64,000 nt of DNA from a virus (IMGVR_UViG_3300043409_001505:1422-65421); one strand, 5' to 3'; numbered from the stretch's first letter, positions 11,189 through 19,551 are shown. Notes: generated by a model from the sequence alone, not told the origin. Numbers and translations: made by a program.

Positions 11189-12654
11189 TCAATTTCGTTT
11201 AAAACCACAGCTTCAGTACTTAGTATAACTTTAGCTACAGATACGGCGTTCTCTAATGCACACCTAGTAACTTTAAGTGGGTCTATAATATTTTTATCAA
11301 ACATATCTGTTAATACAGGAATTGCTAAAATATCACAGGGTGTATTTATTGCTTTTAAAATTTCTAATTCAATTGATGGACTATATAAACCTTTCATGGA
11401 CTTTGCAAAATTCTGACCTGCAAAATACAAAGCCAATCCTCCACCTTGAACAATTCCTTCTTCTAATGCGCAAGCTACTGCTTTAACTGCATCATCATAT
11501 CTATCAAAACGTTCTTTCATTTCAAGTTCCGATTTACCACCAACTTTAATAATAGATATTTTACCTTTTAGATATTCAATTCTTTGTTTAACTAAATCTT
11601 TATCGTATTCTGTTAATTCCGCATTTTTAGATAATTCATTTAGAACTTCTAATTTATCAGTAATATCAATATTATCATCTTTAACCAATATACTATTATT
11701 CTTAGATATTTTACAAGATTGTAATTTACCAAGAATGTTTGTGTTATAAATTTTATACAAATCTGTAATCAAAGTACTTCCTGTAAAGTCGCATAAGTCT
11801 TGCAATAGGTCTTTACGGTGTTTAGAGAAGCCTGGAGCTTTAATAACACATATAGGTAATGTTTGGGATAGAACAAAAGTTTCAAGCTTTCTAAGAGCTT
11901 GTTCGTGAATATCCTCAACAATTATCAATAATGAATTATTGGGTTGCTGTGTTAATTCTAATACACTTCTAAAGTTTTCTAATTTCTCTAACTTACCATC
12001 AATAATTAAAGTATTAACATTTGTAAATTCACAAATACCTTTGGATTGATTTGTGATAAAATGTTTAGAAAAATAACTTACTGGAAGTGACATTCCTGGT
12101 AAAGTATCTAACACATCTTCTGTATTAAAACTCTCTTCAATCTTAACTATATCAGAATGATTATAAGCCTGTTGAATAAGTTCACCAATCTGTAAGTCAT
12201 TATTAGCAGATATACTAGCAACGTGTTTAATATCTTCATGTTTTAACTCCCGTGAATTAATTTTTAATTGTTCAATAACTTTTGGTATAATCTCATCAAA
12301 AGCTTTATTAATATCAACTGTATTGAGGTCTTTTAAATTGTTGACAAATGCTGTAGCTAATACAGTTGAGGTTGAAGTTCCGTCTCCAGCTTCCTCTACA
12401 GTTTTCTTAGCCGCTTCTCTAAGTAATTGTACACCTATATTTTCAATAGGATCTTTTAGTGTTATACTGTTTATAACGCTGACACCATCTTTGGTCACTT
12501 TATATTGACCAAATTTACTTGCGTCACTTATAATAACAGTTTTACCATTAGGACCTAGTGTCGCAGAAACAGCCTTACAAGCTTTATTAATACCTGATAA
12601 TAACTTATCTCTAACTTCTTTACTAAATGTAATTTCTTCTATCATATTATTCAT
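11176..12654 (-). CDS. groEL: Phage chaperonin GroEL
   Basis: TLGPNG, TKDGVSV, AGDGTST, KAPGF, EEGIVQGGG, IIDPLKVTRCALENAVSVA motifs. Confidence 0.93.
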   Translation of the reverse strand: MNNMIEEITFSKEVRDKLLSGINKACKAVSATLGPNGKTVIISDASKFGQYKVTKDGVSVINSITLKDPIENIGVQLLREAAKKTVEEAGDGTSTSTVLATAFVNNLKDLNTVDINKAFDEIIPKVIEQLKINSRELKHEDIKHVASISANNDLQIGELIQQAYNHSDIVKIEESFNTEDVLDTLPGMSLPVSYFSKHFITNQSKGICEFTNVNTLIIDGKLEKLENFRSVLELTQQPNNSLLIIVEDIHEQALRKLETFVLSQTLPICVIKAPGFSKHRKDLLQDLCDFTGSTLITDLYKIYNTNILGKLQSCKISKNNSILVKDDNIDITDKLEVLNELSKNAELTEYDKDLVKQRIEYLKGKISIIKVGGKSELEMKERFDRYDDAVKAVACALEEGIVQGGGLALYFAGQNFAKSMKGLYSPSIELEILKAINTPCDILAIPVLTDMFDKNIIDPLKVTRCALENAVSVAKVILSTEAVVLNEIEWRE

Positions 12655-13210
12655 AATTTAACCCATTTTCAAATAAACCAAAAGCCTGCTGACCTTTCAT
12701 TCTACCTTCAGTTTCTATTTTCTCTTTAATCAATTCTTTTTCTGCAGCTTTTAAATCCTGCATTACAACTTTAATTTTACTAATACCACCTACAATAGTT
12801 GTTAATGTAGTTACTGGTTTATTTCTATCATCACGTTCTTCTAACAACTCTTTAGTCTTAGTTAAATATTCTGATATATCGTTAGCTGCAGCTAAAGCAT
12901 TCTTATATAATTTACCTATTACAGTGAGACTTCGTTCTTCATAAAAGTCAATAGCTTCCTGCATTGTGGAATCTATTTTCCAACCATCAGGTAAACCAAT
13001 ATCTTTTATAATCTCTTCCTTTCTAAATTTAGAATCTATAATTAGATAATCAGATTTAATATCTGTATAATAATATATAAATAACATTTCTTTTAAAGCA
13101 GTATCTTTAGTACGACTTTTATCACGCTTTAATATTTTTTTAAACGGTTCAAGTCCCCACAAATTATCATCCACAGTTAATACCCCATCACGGAGTGTGA
13201 ATCCATTCAT
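12647..13210 (-). CDS. Conserved Crassvirales protein upstream of TerL (possible small terminase)
   Basis: 187 aa helical/coiled coil; RDKSR.KD.A.KE..FIY motif; synteny. Confidence 0.45.
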   Translation of the reverse strand: MNGFTLRDGVLTVDDNLWGLEPFKKILKRDKSRTKDTALKEMLFIYYYTDIKSDYLIIDSKFRKEEIIKDIGLPDGWKIDSTMQEAIDFYEERSLTVIGKLYKNALAAANDISEYLTKTKELLEERDDRNKPVTTLTTIVGGISKIKVVMQDLKAAEKELIKEKIETEGRMKGQQAFGLFENGLNYE

Positions 13211-13235
13211 ATTTTTAATTTTAGTTTATACCAAC

Positions 13236-13261
13236 AAAACCCGACTTGTTATGGTCGGGTT
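13236..13261 (-). terminator. Terminator-like hairpin
   Basis: AACCCGAC...GTCGGGTT inverted repeat. Confidence 0.6.
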
Positions 13262-13267
13262 ATAAGT

Positions 13268-13648
13268 TTATTCATTTGTTTGTAATTCTTTAGAATTCAT
13301 AAATCTAGTTTTAATAACTCTATCATCAATAATTGCAAATACTCTATCTTGGAAATCAATTGGGTCTAACTGTATTGTTGCAATATCTTCATGTGAGTTA
13401 TTTGGATTAATAGACTTCTTTAACATTTTATCTAAATCTAATCTAACTTTATCACCTACTTCGATATTGTGACAATTAGGACCCTTTGCAATAATATATT
13501 GAAACTGACTCATTGCATTATCAGATAAATCTAAACTATCTAATGTATTTTCTGTATTTAAAGTAATAATTACTTTATTAAACATTGGTTGTTCTAACCA
13601 TTCTTTACTAATCTCTAAAGCATCATACGCTGTTACGTTCTCTCTCAT
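13268..13648 (-). CDS. groES: GroES-like co-chaperonin
   Basis: QPMFNKVII...IIAKGPNCHNIEVGDKV...IIDDRVI follows the Cpn10 pattern; two genes from groEL. Confidence 0.7.
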   Translation of the reverse strand: MRENVTAYDALEISKEWLEQPMFNKVIITLNTENTLDSLDLSDNAMSQFQYIIAKGPNCHNIEVGDKVRLDLDKMLKKSINPNNSHEDIATIQLDPIDFQDRVFAIIDDRVIKTRFMNSKELQTNE

Positions 13649-13922
13649 CTCTTTCTTCCTTACTTTTTTGTAATCTATATTTATGTTTATCTACTATTTC
13701 TCCTGATGTATATACTTTTCCCAAGTATTTAAAAAAGAAGTTTGTTTTTAATTTATCAATTTCTTCAGCAGTCATTGTATCTAATGACATTTCTTTAATT
13801 TTCTCATACATAAATCTAAACTGTGATTCAACCATTTCTTTTACTTCACAATCTCTAAGATTATTATTTAAACCTATTGTATGAATAATATCATTTACTT
13901 TTTTTTCTTGAATTTTATCCAT
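13623..13922 (-). CDS. IHF/HU-like DNA-binding protein
   Basis: Helix-helix N-terminus then FFFKYLGKVY beta motif; usual crAss location. Confidence 0.55.
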   Translation of the reverse strand: MDKIQEKKVNDIIHTIGLNNNLRDCEVKEMVESQFRFMYEKIKEMSLDTMTAEEIDKLKTNFFFKYLGKVYTSGEIVDKHKYRLQKSKEERDERERNSV

Positions 13923-14295
13923 CTATAATTTTAAAATTAATATTAATAGTAAATGTTTTATTCTTCTTATCCATTTGAGGAATATATACAGAAGATATTT
14001 CATTATCAATTATAACCTTAGCCTTTCTAAGTTTAGTGTATAAGTTTTCCAAACTCTGTATCCCAATTCCTAATTCATCTGCAATTAAAATTTTAGTATC
14101 ATAATCAAATACTGTTTTCCATAGAATTTTATTATTAGTAATCTCTTTAGAAAACTGATAATGATAATATAATAACAAAGCAACTACTGTATAATGTTGT
14201 TTTTGAAGTTTGTGAAAAGGTTTTAAAAACTCAATATATCTAAAGAAGAAATTTTTAATCTTTACATTTATAGTTGCGTTTTTAACATTTTCCAT
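13915..14295 (-). CDS. Winged-HTH DNA-binding protein
   Basis: IADELGIGIQSLENLYTKLRKAKVI HTH-like segment. Confidence 0.55.
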   Translation of the reverse strand: MENVKNATINVKIKNFFFRYIEFLKPFHKLQKQHYTVVALLLYYHYQFSKEITNNKILWKTVFDYDTKILIADELGIGIQSLENLYTKLRKAKVIIDNEISSVYIPQMDKKNKTFTININFKIIDG

Positions 14296-14297
14296 AA

Positions 14298-14465
14298 TTA
14301 TTTATTTTTTAATCTTAGTTCTAATTCTTCTTTTGATAATTTACCTTGAACATGCATATCAAACCAAAAATGTTCTGCATTAATCCAAGGACCATTTGTC
14401 CTTTCCATTTCTATAATTTCTACTTTTTTTGGTGGATCACTAATCCATATTCCAGAATTATCCAT
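14298..14465 (-). CDS. Small hypothetical protein (55 aa, not in ORF track)
   Basis: Hand translation MDNSGIWISDPPKK...RLKNK; fills the operon gap. Confidence 0.6.
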   Translation of the reverse strand: MDNSGIWISDPPKKVEIIEMERTNGPWINAEHFWFDMHVQGKLSKEELELRLKNK

Positions 14466-14467
14466 AA

Positions 14468-14770
14468 TTATTTATTTAATATAATCCAATCCTCAGATAA
14501 CATATCTGTTTGAGATGCTAACCATCCAACACAAAGATTTTTTTGAGCAGTCCACATATCAATATGTTTTCCGATATGTAAATGAGTTTGACCTTCTTTT
14601 TCTAAGAAATTTTCATTTATAATATTATCTGGTCTTGAAGTTTCTTTAGCGACAGAATAACCTCCGTTTAAAATTAGAAACATTCCTTTACCATTCCAAC
14701 CTTCTCTTGTTACTTTTTTACCTTGTTTTAAAGCTTCAATAGCTTGTCCAAAATTTAATAATTCTATCAT
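14468..14770 (-). CDS. tad2: DUF2829 / Tad2-family nucleotide-signal sponge (anti-defence)
   Basis: NFGQAIEALKQGKKVTREGWNGKGMFL...GWLASQTDMLSEDW family signature. Confidence 0.8.
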   Translation of the reverse strand: MIELLNFGQAIEALKQGKKVTREGWNGKGMFLILNGGYSVAKETSRPDNIINENFLEKEGQTHLHIGKHIDMWTAQKNLCVGWLASQTDMLSEDWIILNK

Positions 14771-14781
14771 AGTTTATTTAT

Positions 14782-15111
14782 TTAATATATAGGTTTAATC
14801 TTCTGTTCTTTATTGTATTCAAATATATTTTTATATTCAATTGCTTCGTTTACACTACCACATCTCATACATATTTCATTACCATCATCATCTACTTCGT
14901 ATTGATTAGGTACAACTAATGTACCACAATGTTTACAAGCAAAGACTGGTTCTTTATCATAGTCTTTAATCTTCTCATTCATAATTTTATTTATATAATT
15001 CTTAATATTTTGTTGCCACTCCGTATCATAAAAAGGAAACGGAGTGTATGTGTTATAATACTCAACATGCTTATACAGTTTGTTGAGCTGTTTGAGTATT
15101 TCTTTGCTCAT
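14782..15111 (-). CDS. Zn-ribbon protein
   Basis: CKHCG...CMRCG. Confidence 0.6.
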   Translation of the reverse strand: MSKEILKQLNKLYKHVEYYNTYTPFPFYDTEWQQNIKNYINKIMNEKIKDYDKEPVFACKHCGTLVVPNQYEVDDDGNEICMRCGSVNEAIEYKNIFEYNKEQKIKPIY

Positions 15112-15286
15112 CTTTAGTTTTAATATTTAATAGTATTAACCATCCATCTTCTTGTTTTGTTACTTTAACGTTATATGAGAATCTAGGATATTTACCTGTA
15201 AACAATTCCATTTTAGTTTGAAAAGTATCTAAATGATCTAATGCTACCTTTAAATCTTTTTCGTATATTGTGTATTCTTTTTGCAT
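15071..15286 (-). CDS. Hypothetical protein
   Basis: ORF in a tight operon. Confidence 0.55.
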   Translation of the reverse strand: MQKEYTIYEKDLKVALDHLDTFQTKMELFTGKYPRFSYNVKVTKQEDGWLILLNIKTKDEQRNTQTAQQTV

Positions 15287-15288
15287 AA

Positions 15289-15822
15289 CTATACGTATCT
15301 ATAATTAGTTTTATTTTTATTACAACCTGATAATTTATTTCTTAAAGTTTGAGATTTTATTTTTAAAAGTTCTGATAATTCTTTTATTGTATAAAATACA
15401 CCTGTTGTAATTTCTAATACAACTTTAGTTCTAGATTCTATCATTTTTAACTTACTTTCTTCAGACATTTTTTTACCTTTATGTACTTTGGACATCTTAA
15501 ATCTTGTTTCATTAGATATAAATCCAGATTTATCTTTTGATGTAGTTAATCTACAATTTAAACCTTTATATGGACATATTGAATTATAATAATCCTGCCA
15601 ATATCTTTCTCTATTATTTAAATTTTCAATATCGCATAATTCTAATATTTCAAAAATATGATTAACAGATCCATATTTTAAAAATGAATTATTTAACTTT
15701 ATTTGAGTATTACATTGACCTTTTTTAGAATATGATTTAAATCTTTTTTCTATATTTATGCTTTGACCAATATAAATTTTTCCTGATGGAGATATTATTT
15801 TATAAATTCCGATATTATTCAT
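15289..15822 (-). CDS. GIY-YIG homing endonuclease with NUMOD3 motifs
   Basis: IGIYKI.SPSGKIYIGQS; SEESKLKM NUMOD3-like repeats. Confidence 0.88.
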   Translation of the reverse strand: MNNIGIYKIISPSGKIYIGQSINIEKRFKSYSKKGQCNTQIKLNNSFLKYGSVNHIFEILELCDIENLNNRERYWQDYYNSICPYKGLNCRLTTSKDKSGFISNETRFKMSKVHKGKKMSEESKLKMIESRTKVVLEITTGVFYTIKELSELLKIKSQTLRNKLSGCNKNKTNYRYV

Positions 15823-16096
15823 TTATTTTATTTTTAAATTTAAATTCTTCCCATTCTAAACCACTCATAAAATTTGGAAATCTATCAGGATTACATGATT
15901 CAGATGAATATACTCTATCTGGAAAATCACATCCACATGCAATACATTTTCCTTTCTTAGTACAGTCATCTTTACATTTAAGAAGTCTAAAGGCTATTTG
16001 CTCTTTAATATGTGATGGTTGAATACTCTTTGTTTTTAATCTAATATTACCTTCTATGAAGTTATAAATATTTTGAGCGGTGATTTCTTTACTCAT
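15815..16096 (-). CDS. Cys-rich hypothetical protein
   Basis: CKDDC..GKCIACGC..C. Confidence 0.6.
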   Translation of the reverse strand: MSKEITAQNIYNFIEGNIRLKTKSIQPSHIKEQIAFRLLKCKDDCTKKGKCIACGCDFPDRVYSSESCNPDRFPNFMSGLEWEEFKFKNKINE

Positions 16097-16331
16097 TACT
16101 CAATCTTGCTAATATTAAACTCTTCTCCATTGAATCTAAATCTCTACCAATTAACTCTGGTACAATAGAATCGATATTATCTTCTGTTACTTTATCTTCT
16201 AATGTTTTAAGATAATCTGATAATTCATTAATTTGTCTTAACTTAGTATAAAATGTTTTAACTTGTTTCTTAGTATTAAGTTTATCTAAAACATTTTTCT
16301 TTCTCATTCCATTTTTATTAAATGTGTGCAT
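16089..16331 (-). CDS. Hypothetical protein
   Basis: Overlapping operon ORF. Confidence 0.55.
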   Translation of the reverse strand: MHTFNKNGMRKKNVLDKLNTKKQVKTFYTKLRQINELSDYLKTLEDKVTEDNIDSIVPELIGRDLDSMEKSLILARLSNE

Positions 16332-16527
16332 GTTCTTCCCATTTATTATTAATCCATTTGTAATTCATTCTATAATTACTACCATTTGTTTTATCATGTA
16401 CATATAACATATCAGATATTATACCTACTGTAAAATCTCTTTCATAATTAAATTCTGTAAATTTATAAACTTGTTCTGGTGTTAACGATAATACAAATTC
16501 AATATCTGTCATATTATAGTCTTTCAA
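16318..16527 (-). CDS. Hypothetical protein
   Basis: Overlapping operon ORF. Confidence 0.55.
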   Translation of the reverse strand: MKDYNMTDIEFVLSLTPEQVYKFTEFNYERDFTVGIISDMLYVHDKTNGSNYRMNYKWINNKWEEHAHI

Positions 16528-16705
16528 ATTTTAAATATTTAGAATCCTCTTTACTCCATCTAGTTCTATATTCTTCTAATTCATTATCTGTTTTAGTTGG
16601 AAATATATTTCTCCAATATTCTAATTCTTTAGGATTGTTCTTATTGTCCATAAATTTCTTAATATTTAATTCGTTATCTAAATTATCGTTTGCTATATCT
16701 ATCAT
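16514..16705 (-). CDS. Hypothetical protein
   Basis: Overlapping operon ORF. Confidence 0.55.
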   Translation of the reverse strand: MIDIANDNLDNELNIKKFMDNKNNPKELEYWRNIFPTKTDNELEEYRTRWSKEDSKYLKFERL

Positions 16706-16977
16706 TAGAAGGTTGTATTTAAAGTTTTAATATCGTTAATCTTATCTCCGACTTTATTGAACAATATGTGTTTCTTAATGTAACCAGTCTTATTTCTAAT
16801 AAATATTTGTACTGTAGGTATATTACCATCTCCTAGAAATAAACTGACATTGACATCATTTAATCTGGATCCTCTCCACTTCTTAGTATAATAATTATAC
16901 ATATTAAAAATGTCTTTTTGATTAGCTATAACATGTTGTTCTATTTCGTTATATTTATTTTGTATGTTTATCAGCAT
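16705..16977 (-). CDS. Hypothetical protein
   Basis: Stop/start coupled ORF. Confidence 0.55.
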   Translation of the reverse strand: MLINIQNKYNEIEQHVIANQKDIFNMYNYYTKKWRGSRLNDVNVSLFLGDGNIPTVQIFIRNKTGYIKKHILFNKVGDKINDIKTLNTTF

Positions 16978-17170
16978 CTTTTATGTTTTTATATTCTTTA
17001 GGTAATGTTGTTATTCCGTTTGAATGATTTTTAATTAATTCTTCCTCTAATAATTTTTCTAACTTCATTGATGTTATTCTATATAACTCTTGACATTGTC
17101 TTATTTTAGGATTATCTAATAATGAACCATTCCATTCATCATTAAAATATTGTGTATTATCTTCTTCCAT
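16955..17170 (-). CDS. Hypothetical protein
   Basis: Operon ORF. Confidence 0.55.
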   Translation of the reverse strand: MEEDNTQYFNDEWNGSLLDNPKIRQCQELYRITSMKLEKLLEEELIKNHSNGITTLPKEYKNIKDADKHTK

Positions 17171-17173
17171 TAT

Positions 17174-17452
17174 TTATAGTTTTAATTCACAAGTATACTG
17201 CACTGCATTTTCTATTCTTAATTGAGATAATAATTCATAAAGATATTTATCTTCTCTAGAATCTCCCCATAAGTTTTTATTTTCAAAATCAATCTCTTTA
17301 AAATTGATTAGTTTTTTCAAACGTTCAATTGGTAACTCTCTAAAGAAATTAATTATAAATTGTTTTTCAATAACTTCTTTTGGTATATTATCTAATGTTT
17401 GTTTTGTAAATTTATAATCTGATCTAAAAAGTTCTGTATTATTTTCTTTCAT
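17174..17452 (-). CDS. Hypothetical protein, first gene of the leftward operon
   Basis: ORF directly below a TACCTTTG promoter. Confidence 0.6.
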   Translation of the reverse strand: MKENNTELFRSDYKFTKQTLDNIPKEVIEKQFIINFFRELPIERLKKLINFKEIDFENKNLWGDSREDKYLYELLSQLRIENAVQYTCELKL

Positions 17453-17475
17453 TATCTTTATTTTTAAATTCTATA

Positions 17476-17508
17476 CAAAGGTAATCAATTTAAATGACAA
17501 TTCCTAAT
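17476..17508 (-). promoter_or_regulatory. Bacteroidota sigma-A-type promoter
   Basis: Minus strand ATTAGGA-N18-TACCTTTG (-7 consensus TAnnTTTG). Confidence 0.7.
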
Positions 17509-17555
17509 ATTTTTGCAATTATTTTACAAAAATATGTAAAATAAATTTTAGACAT

Positions 17556-17585
17556 AAAAAAACCCTCCTCAATTAAGAGAAAGGT
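17556..17585 (-). terminator. Rho-independent terminator
   Basis: Minus strand ACCTTTCTC-TTAATT-GAGGAGGGT followed by T-run. Confidence 0.75.
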
Positions 17586-17825
17586 GTAGATATAAGTTAC
17601 CCATAACCATATTATAGGAATATTTAAATAATTATTTAACAATTAAACACAAAAGGGTTTCCCCAGAATTTGCTTTCTGAGAAACACCTTGGCTTATATA
17701 GTTTGTTGAAGTCGTCATACCCTTAAAACCCGTTATCTATTCACATATCTTCTTTTGCCCTAGATTGTATATTAAATATACTGTGAAATAGCAACAACCA
17801 CCTATATAAGTTGCGTAATTATTTT
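17556..17825 (-). ncRNA. Candidate ~270-nt standalone structured ncRNA
   Basis: Bounded by its own promoter and terminator, no ORF >=60 aa; 9-bp inverted repeat 17693-17701/17802-17810 with nested stems. Confidence 0.5.
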
Positions 17826-17832
17826 AATAGTG

Positions 17833-17865
17833 CAAAGATACAACATTTATTTGTAAAATCCTAAT
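17833..17865 (-). promoter_or_regulatory. Bacteroidota sigma-A-type promoter
   Basis: Minus strand ATTAGGA-N18-TATCTTTG, same architecture as the promoter at 17476. Confidence 0.7.
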
Positions 17866-18088
17866 AAAAAGTGAATTATTTTACATAAATTGTTACTCAC
17901 CTATAGCGTTTACATAATAATTTATTGTAAAAATATTTTTTTTGGAAAATTTTTAAAAAGTTTTGTTGATCGTGATCGTTAACTAATAGAAACATCACCC
18001 CCACTCTTTTCAAATTTTGGGGATATTCCCCTACTTAATCAGAGTTGTTGAAATCGTGTCTCGATCGCAACTCACAATACTTTATGTT

Positions 18089-18496
18089 ATGAGCGCAACT
18101 AAATTCTCAAAAGACGGAAAATCTGTATGGACTAACGGTAAAATCGTTTCATCTGCTGTACAGAACATTAATGAATCATTCAACCTTGAAACAGGCTTTG
18201 TTACTGAAGAGAAACATATTATGTTTATCAAAGGTAACAGTGAAGCAGCTGTTGTTAAACAGGTTGATATGGTTATTGCAGCTATCAATGCTGGTAAGTT
18301 AACAACTTATCGCGCATTCAGCAAAACTCCATTCTACAAAACTCAGGAGTCTGATACGAATCCTTCAACAGGTGAAGTATTAAATCGTTACTCTCAAGTT
18401 AGATTGTGTCCTGCTGATAAGTATATGGAACTAAACCGTCAATATGTGGTTGTTCCTGTTGCTGTAGCTGCTGAACCTATTGCTGTAGAAGCATAA
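18089..18496 (+). CDS. Hypothetical protein, first rightward gene (start reassigned to ATG 18089)
   Basis: MSATKFSKDGK...; followed by a strong terminator. Confidence 0.7.
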   Translation: MSATKFSKDGKSVWTNGKIVSSAVQNINESFNLETGFVTEEKHIMFIKGNSEAAVVKQVDMVIAAINAGKLTTYRAFSKTPFYKTQESDTNPSTGEVLNRYSQVRLCPADKYMELNRQYVVVPVAVAAEPIAVEA

Positions 18497-18499
18497 TCT

Positions 18500-18532
18500 A
18501 TAGGGACTCTTCGGAGTCCTTATATTTTTTTT
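18500..18532 (+). terminator. Rho-independent terminator
   Basis: AGGGACTC-TTCG-GAGTCCTT plus T-run. Confidence 0.85.
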
Positions 18533-18536
18533 GACT

Positions 18537-18646
18537 CTATAATAACTTATTATGTGTGATGATTTATGAGCTAAATAAGGCGTAAATCATCTAAACCTTT
18601 GAAATTGTCGCACGGGCAAAGTAAATCATATAATAAGTTATAATAG
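18537..18646 (+). ncRNA. Candidate three-way-junction ncRNA
   Basis: 15-bp closing stem 18542-56/18627-41, 11-bp inner hairpin 18558-68/18581-91, CTTTG/CAAAG arm; strand inferred from context. Confidence 0.45.
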
Positions 18647-18664
18647 TGTTAAATGTTATCAATT

Positions 18665-18801
18665 AAATTTTAGTTAATAGTTAGTGTAATTTGCTTTGAC
18701 CTGATCAACCGATACTTCATATTGTAACAGATAAGTTCAGGTGGGGAGTTTGTAACAGGAAGTTTTTGTCGAAGTTTATTACCTTATTATTGCTAAAATT
18801 T
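18665..18801 (+). ncRNA. Candidate structured ncRNA with duplicated TTGTAACAG motif
   Basis: Stems 18665-74/18792-801 and 18693-700/18768-75; TTGTAACAG at 18722 and 18750. Confidence 0.4.
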
Positions 18802-19012
18802 TAATTGGTGACTATTGCAATAAATTGTACCTATATATTAAGGTATAAATATTCATTATTAAATGGCTAAACATTGATCCATTGTAAATTAAGGCTGTCT
18901 TAATGAGGTCTCCGTTAAAGACTTGACTGGAATTGTTTATTTACATAAAGATACTATCAGTAATAGTAGATAGTTAGAGGTTATCTATAATGTACAAAAC
19001 CTTTATTTTTAA

Positions 19013-19100
19013 AATAGTAGTTGAAAGATAGTGGTTCAAATCCACAGATTCTACATTCGTGTGGAAATCGTCTAAATGCGTAAGACAGTCAACTACTATT
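19013..19100 (+). ncRNA. Circularly permuted tRNA-like RNA (YrlA Y-RNA-like topology)
   Basis: 12-bp terminal stem; T arm GTGG-TTCAAAT-CCAC precedes an acceptor-like stem closed by TTCG, then D arm GTCT...AGAC. Confidence 0.6.
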
Positions 19101-19117
19101 ATTTTATCAAAACCTCT

Positions 19118-19195
19118 ATGAAGTGGCGTATTCACTGGGATTGTTAGACGTGGACTAATACAACCACCCCATCATTCCATAACATATCACTTCAT
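19118..19195 (+). ncRNA. Candidate structured RNA module
   Basis: ATGAAGTG/CACTTCAT closing stem with inner TTAG/CTAA hairpin. Confidence 0.3.
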
Positions 19196-19317
19196 CCAAA
19201 TTACATCAAGTTATAAATGTTATAGCTTTTACACACACATCATAGACTGATTTAACAATTATTCTATTCAACATACAATCATATTTATTAACAAGATTAA
19301 CTTAATTATTATCGTAA

Positions 19318-19551
19318 ATGATACAATTTATAATCAAATGGTCTAATTACATTACAATTAGAATCATAAACAGAGCTTTTTTTAGCGAGTTTGAAGCAGA
19401 GTATCTTAACGATAATAAAGTTTGGGTTAAACTAAATACTTATTATTGTGGATATCATAAAAACTTCAATAAAAACGATTGGAGGTTTTCAAAAACTCCA
19501 TTACGTAAAAATGTAAAATATATTAAACTAAAATTCATCAAATTCATTTAA
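19318..19551 (+). CDS. Hypothetical protein
   Basis: 77 aa ORF. Confidence 0.5.
   Translation: MIQFIIKWSNYITIRIINRAFFSEFEAEYLNDNKVWVKLNTYYCGYHKNFNKNDWRFSKTPLRKNVKYIKLKFIKFI

Noticed and set aside
15289-15822. GIY-YIG genes (here and at 53479) as intron-borne
   Set aside because: No flanking group I core or split host gene; they are translationally coupled, free-standing genes.
725-16730. Plus-strand ORFs over the structural operon, and other antisense or alternate-frame ORFs in the track
   Set aside because: Shadow frames of well-supported genes, with no motifs or start context.
18017-18088. TTG start for the first rightward gene
   Set aside because: The upstream extension looks non-coding; ATG 18089 has the usual AT-rich context.
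18560-18625. c-di-GMP-I riboswitch resemblance (GCACGGGCAAA)
   Set aside because: No GNRA hairpin or second stem in the required order.
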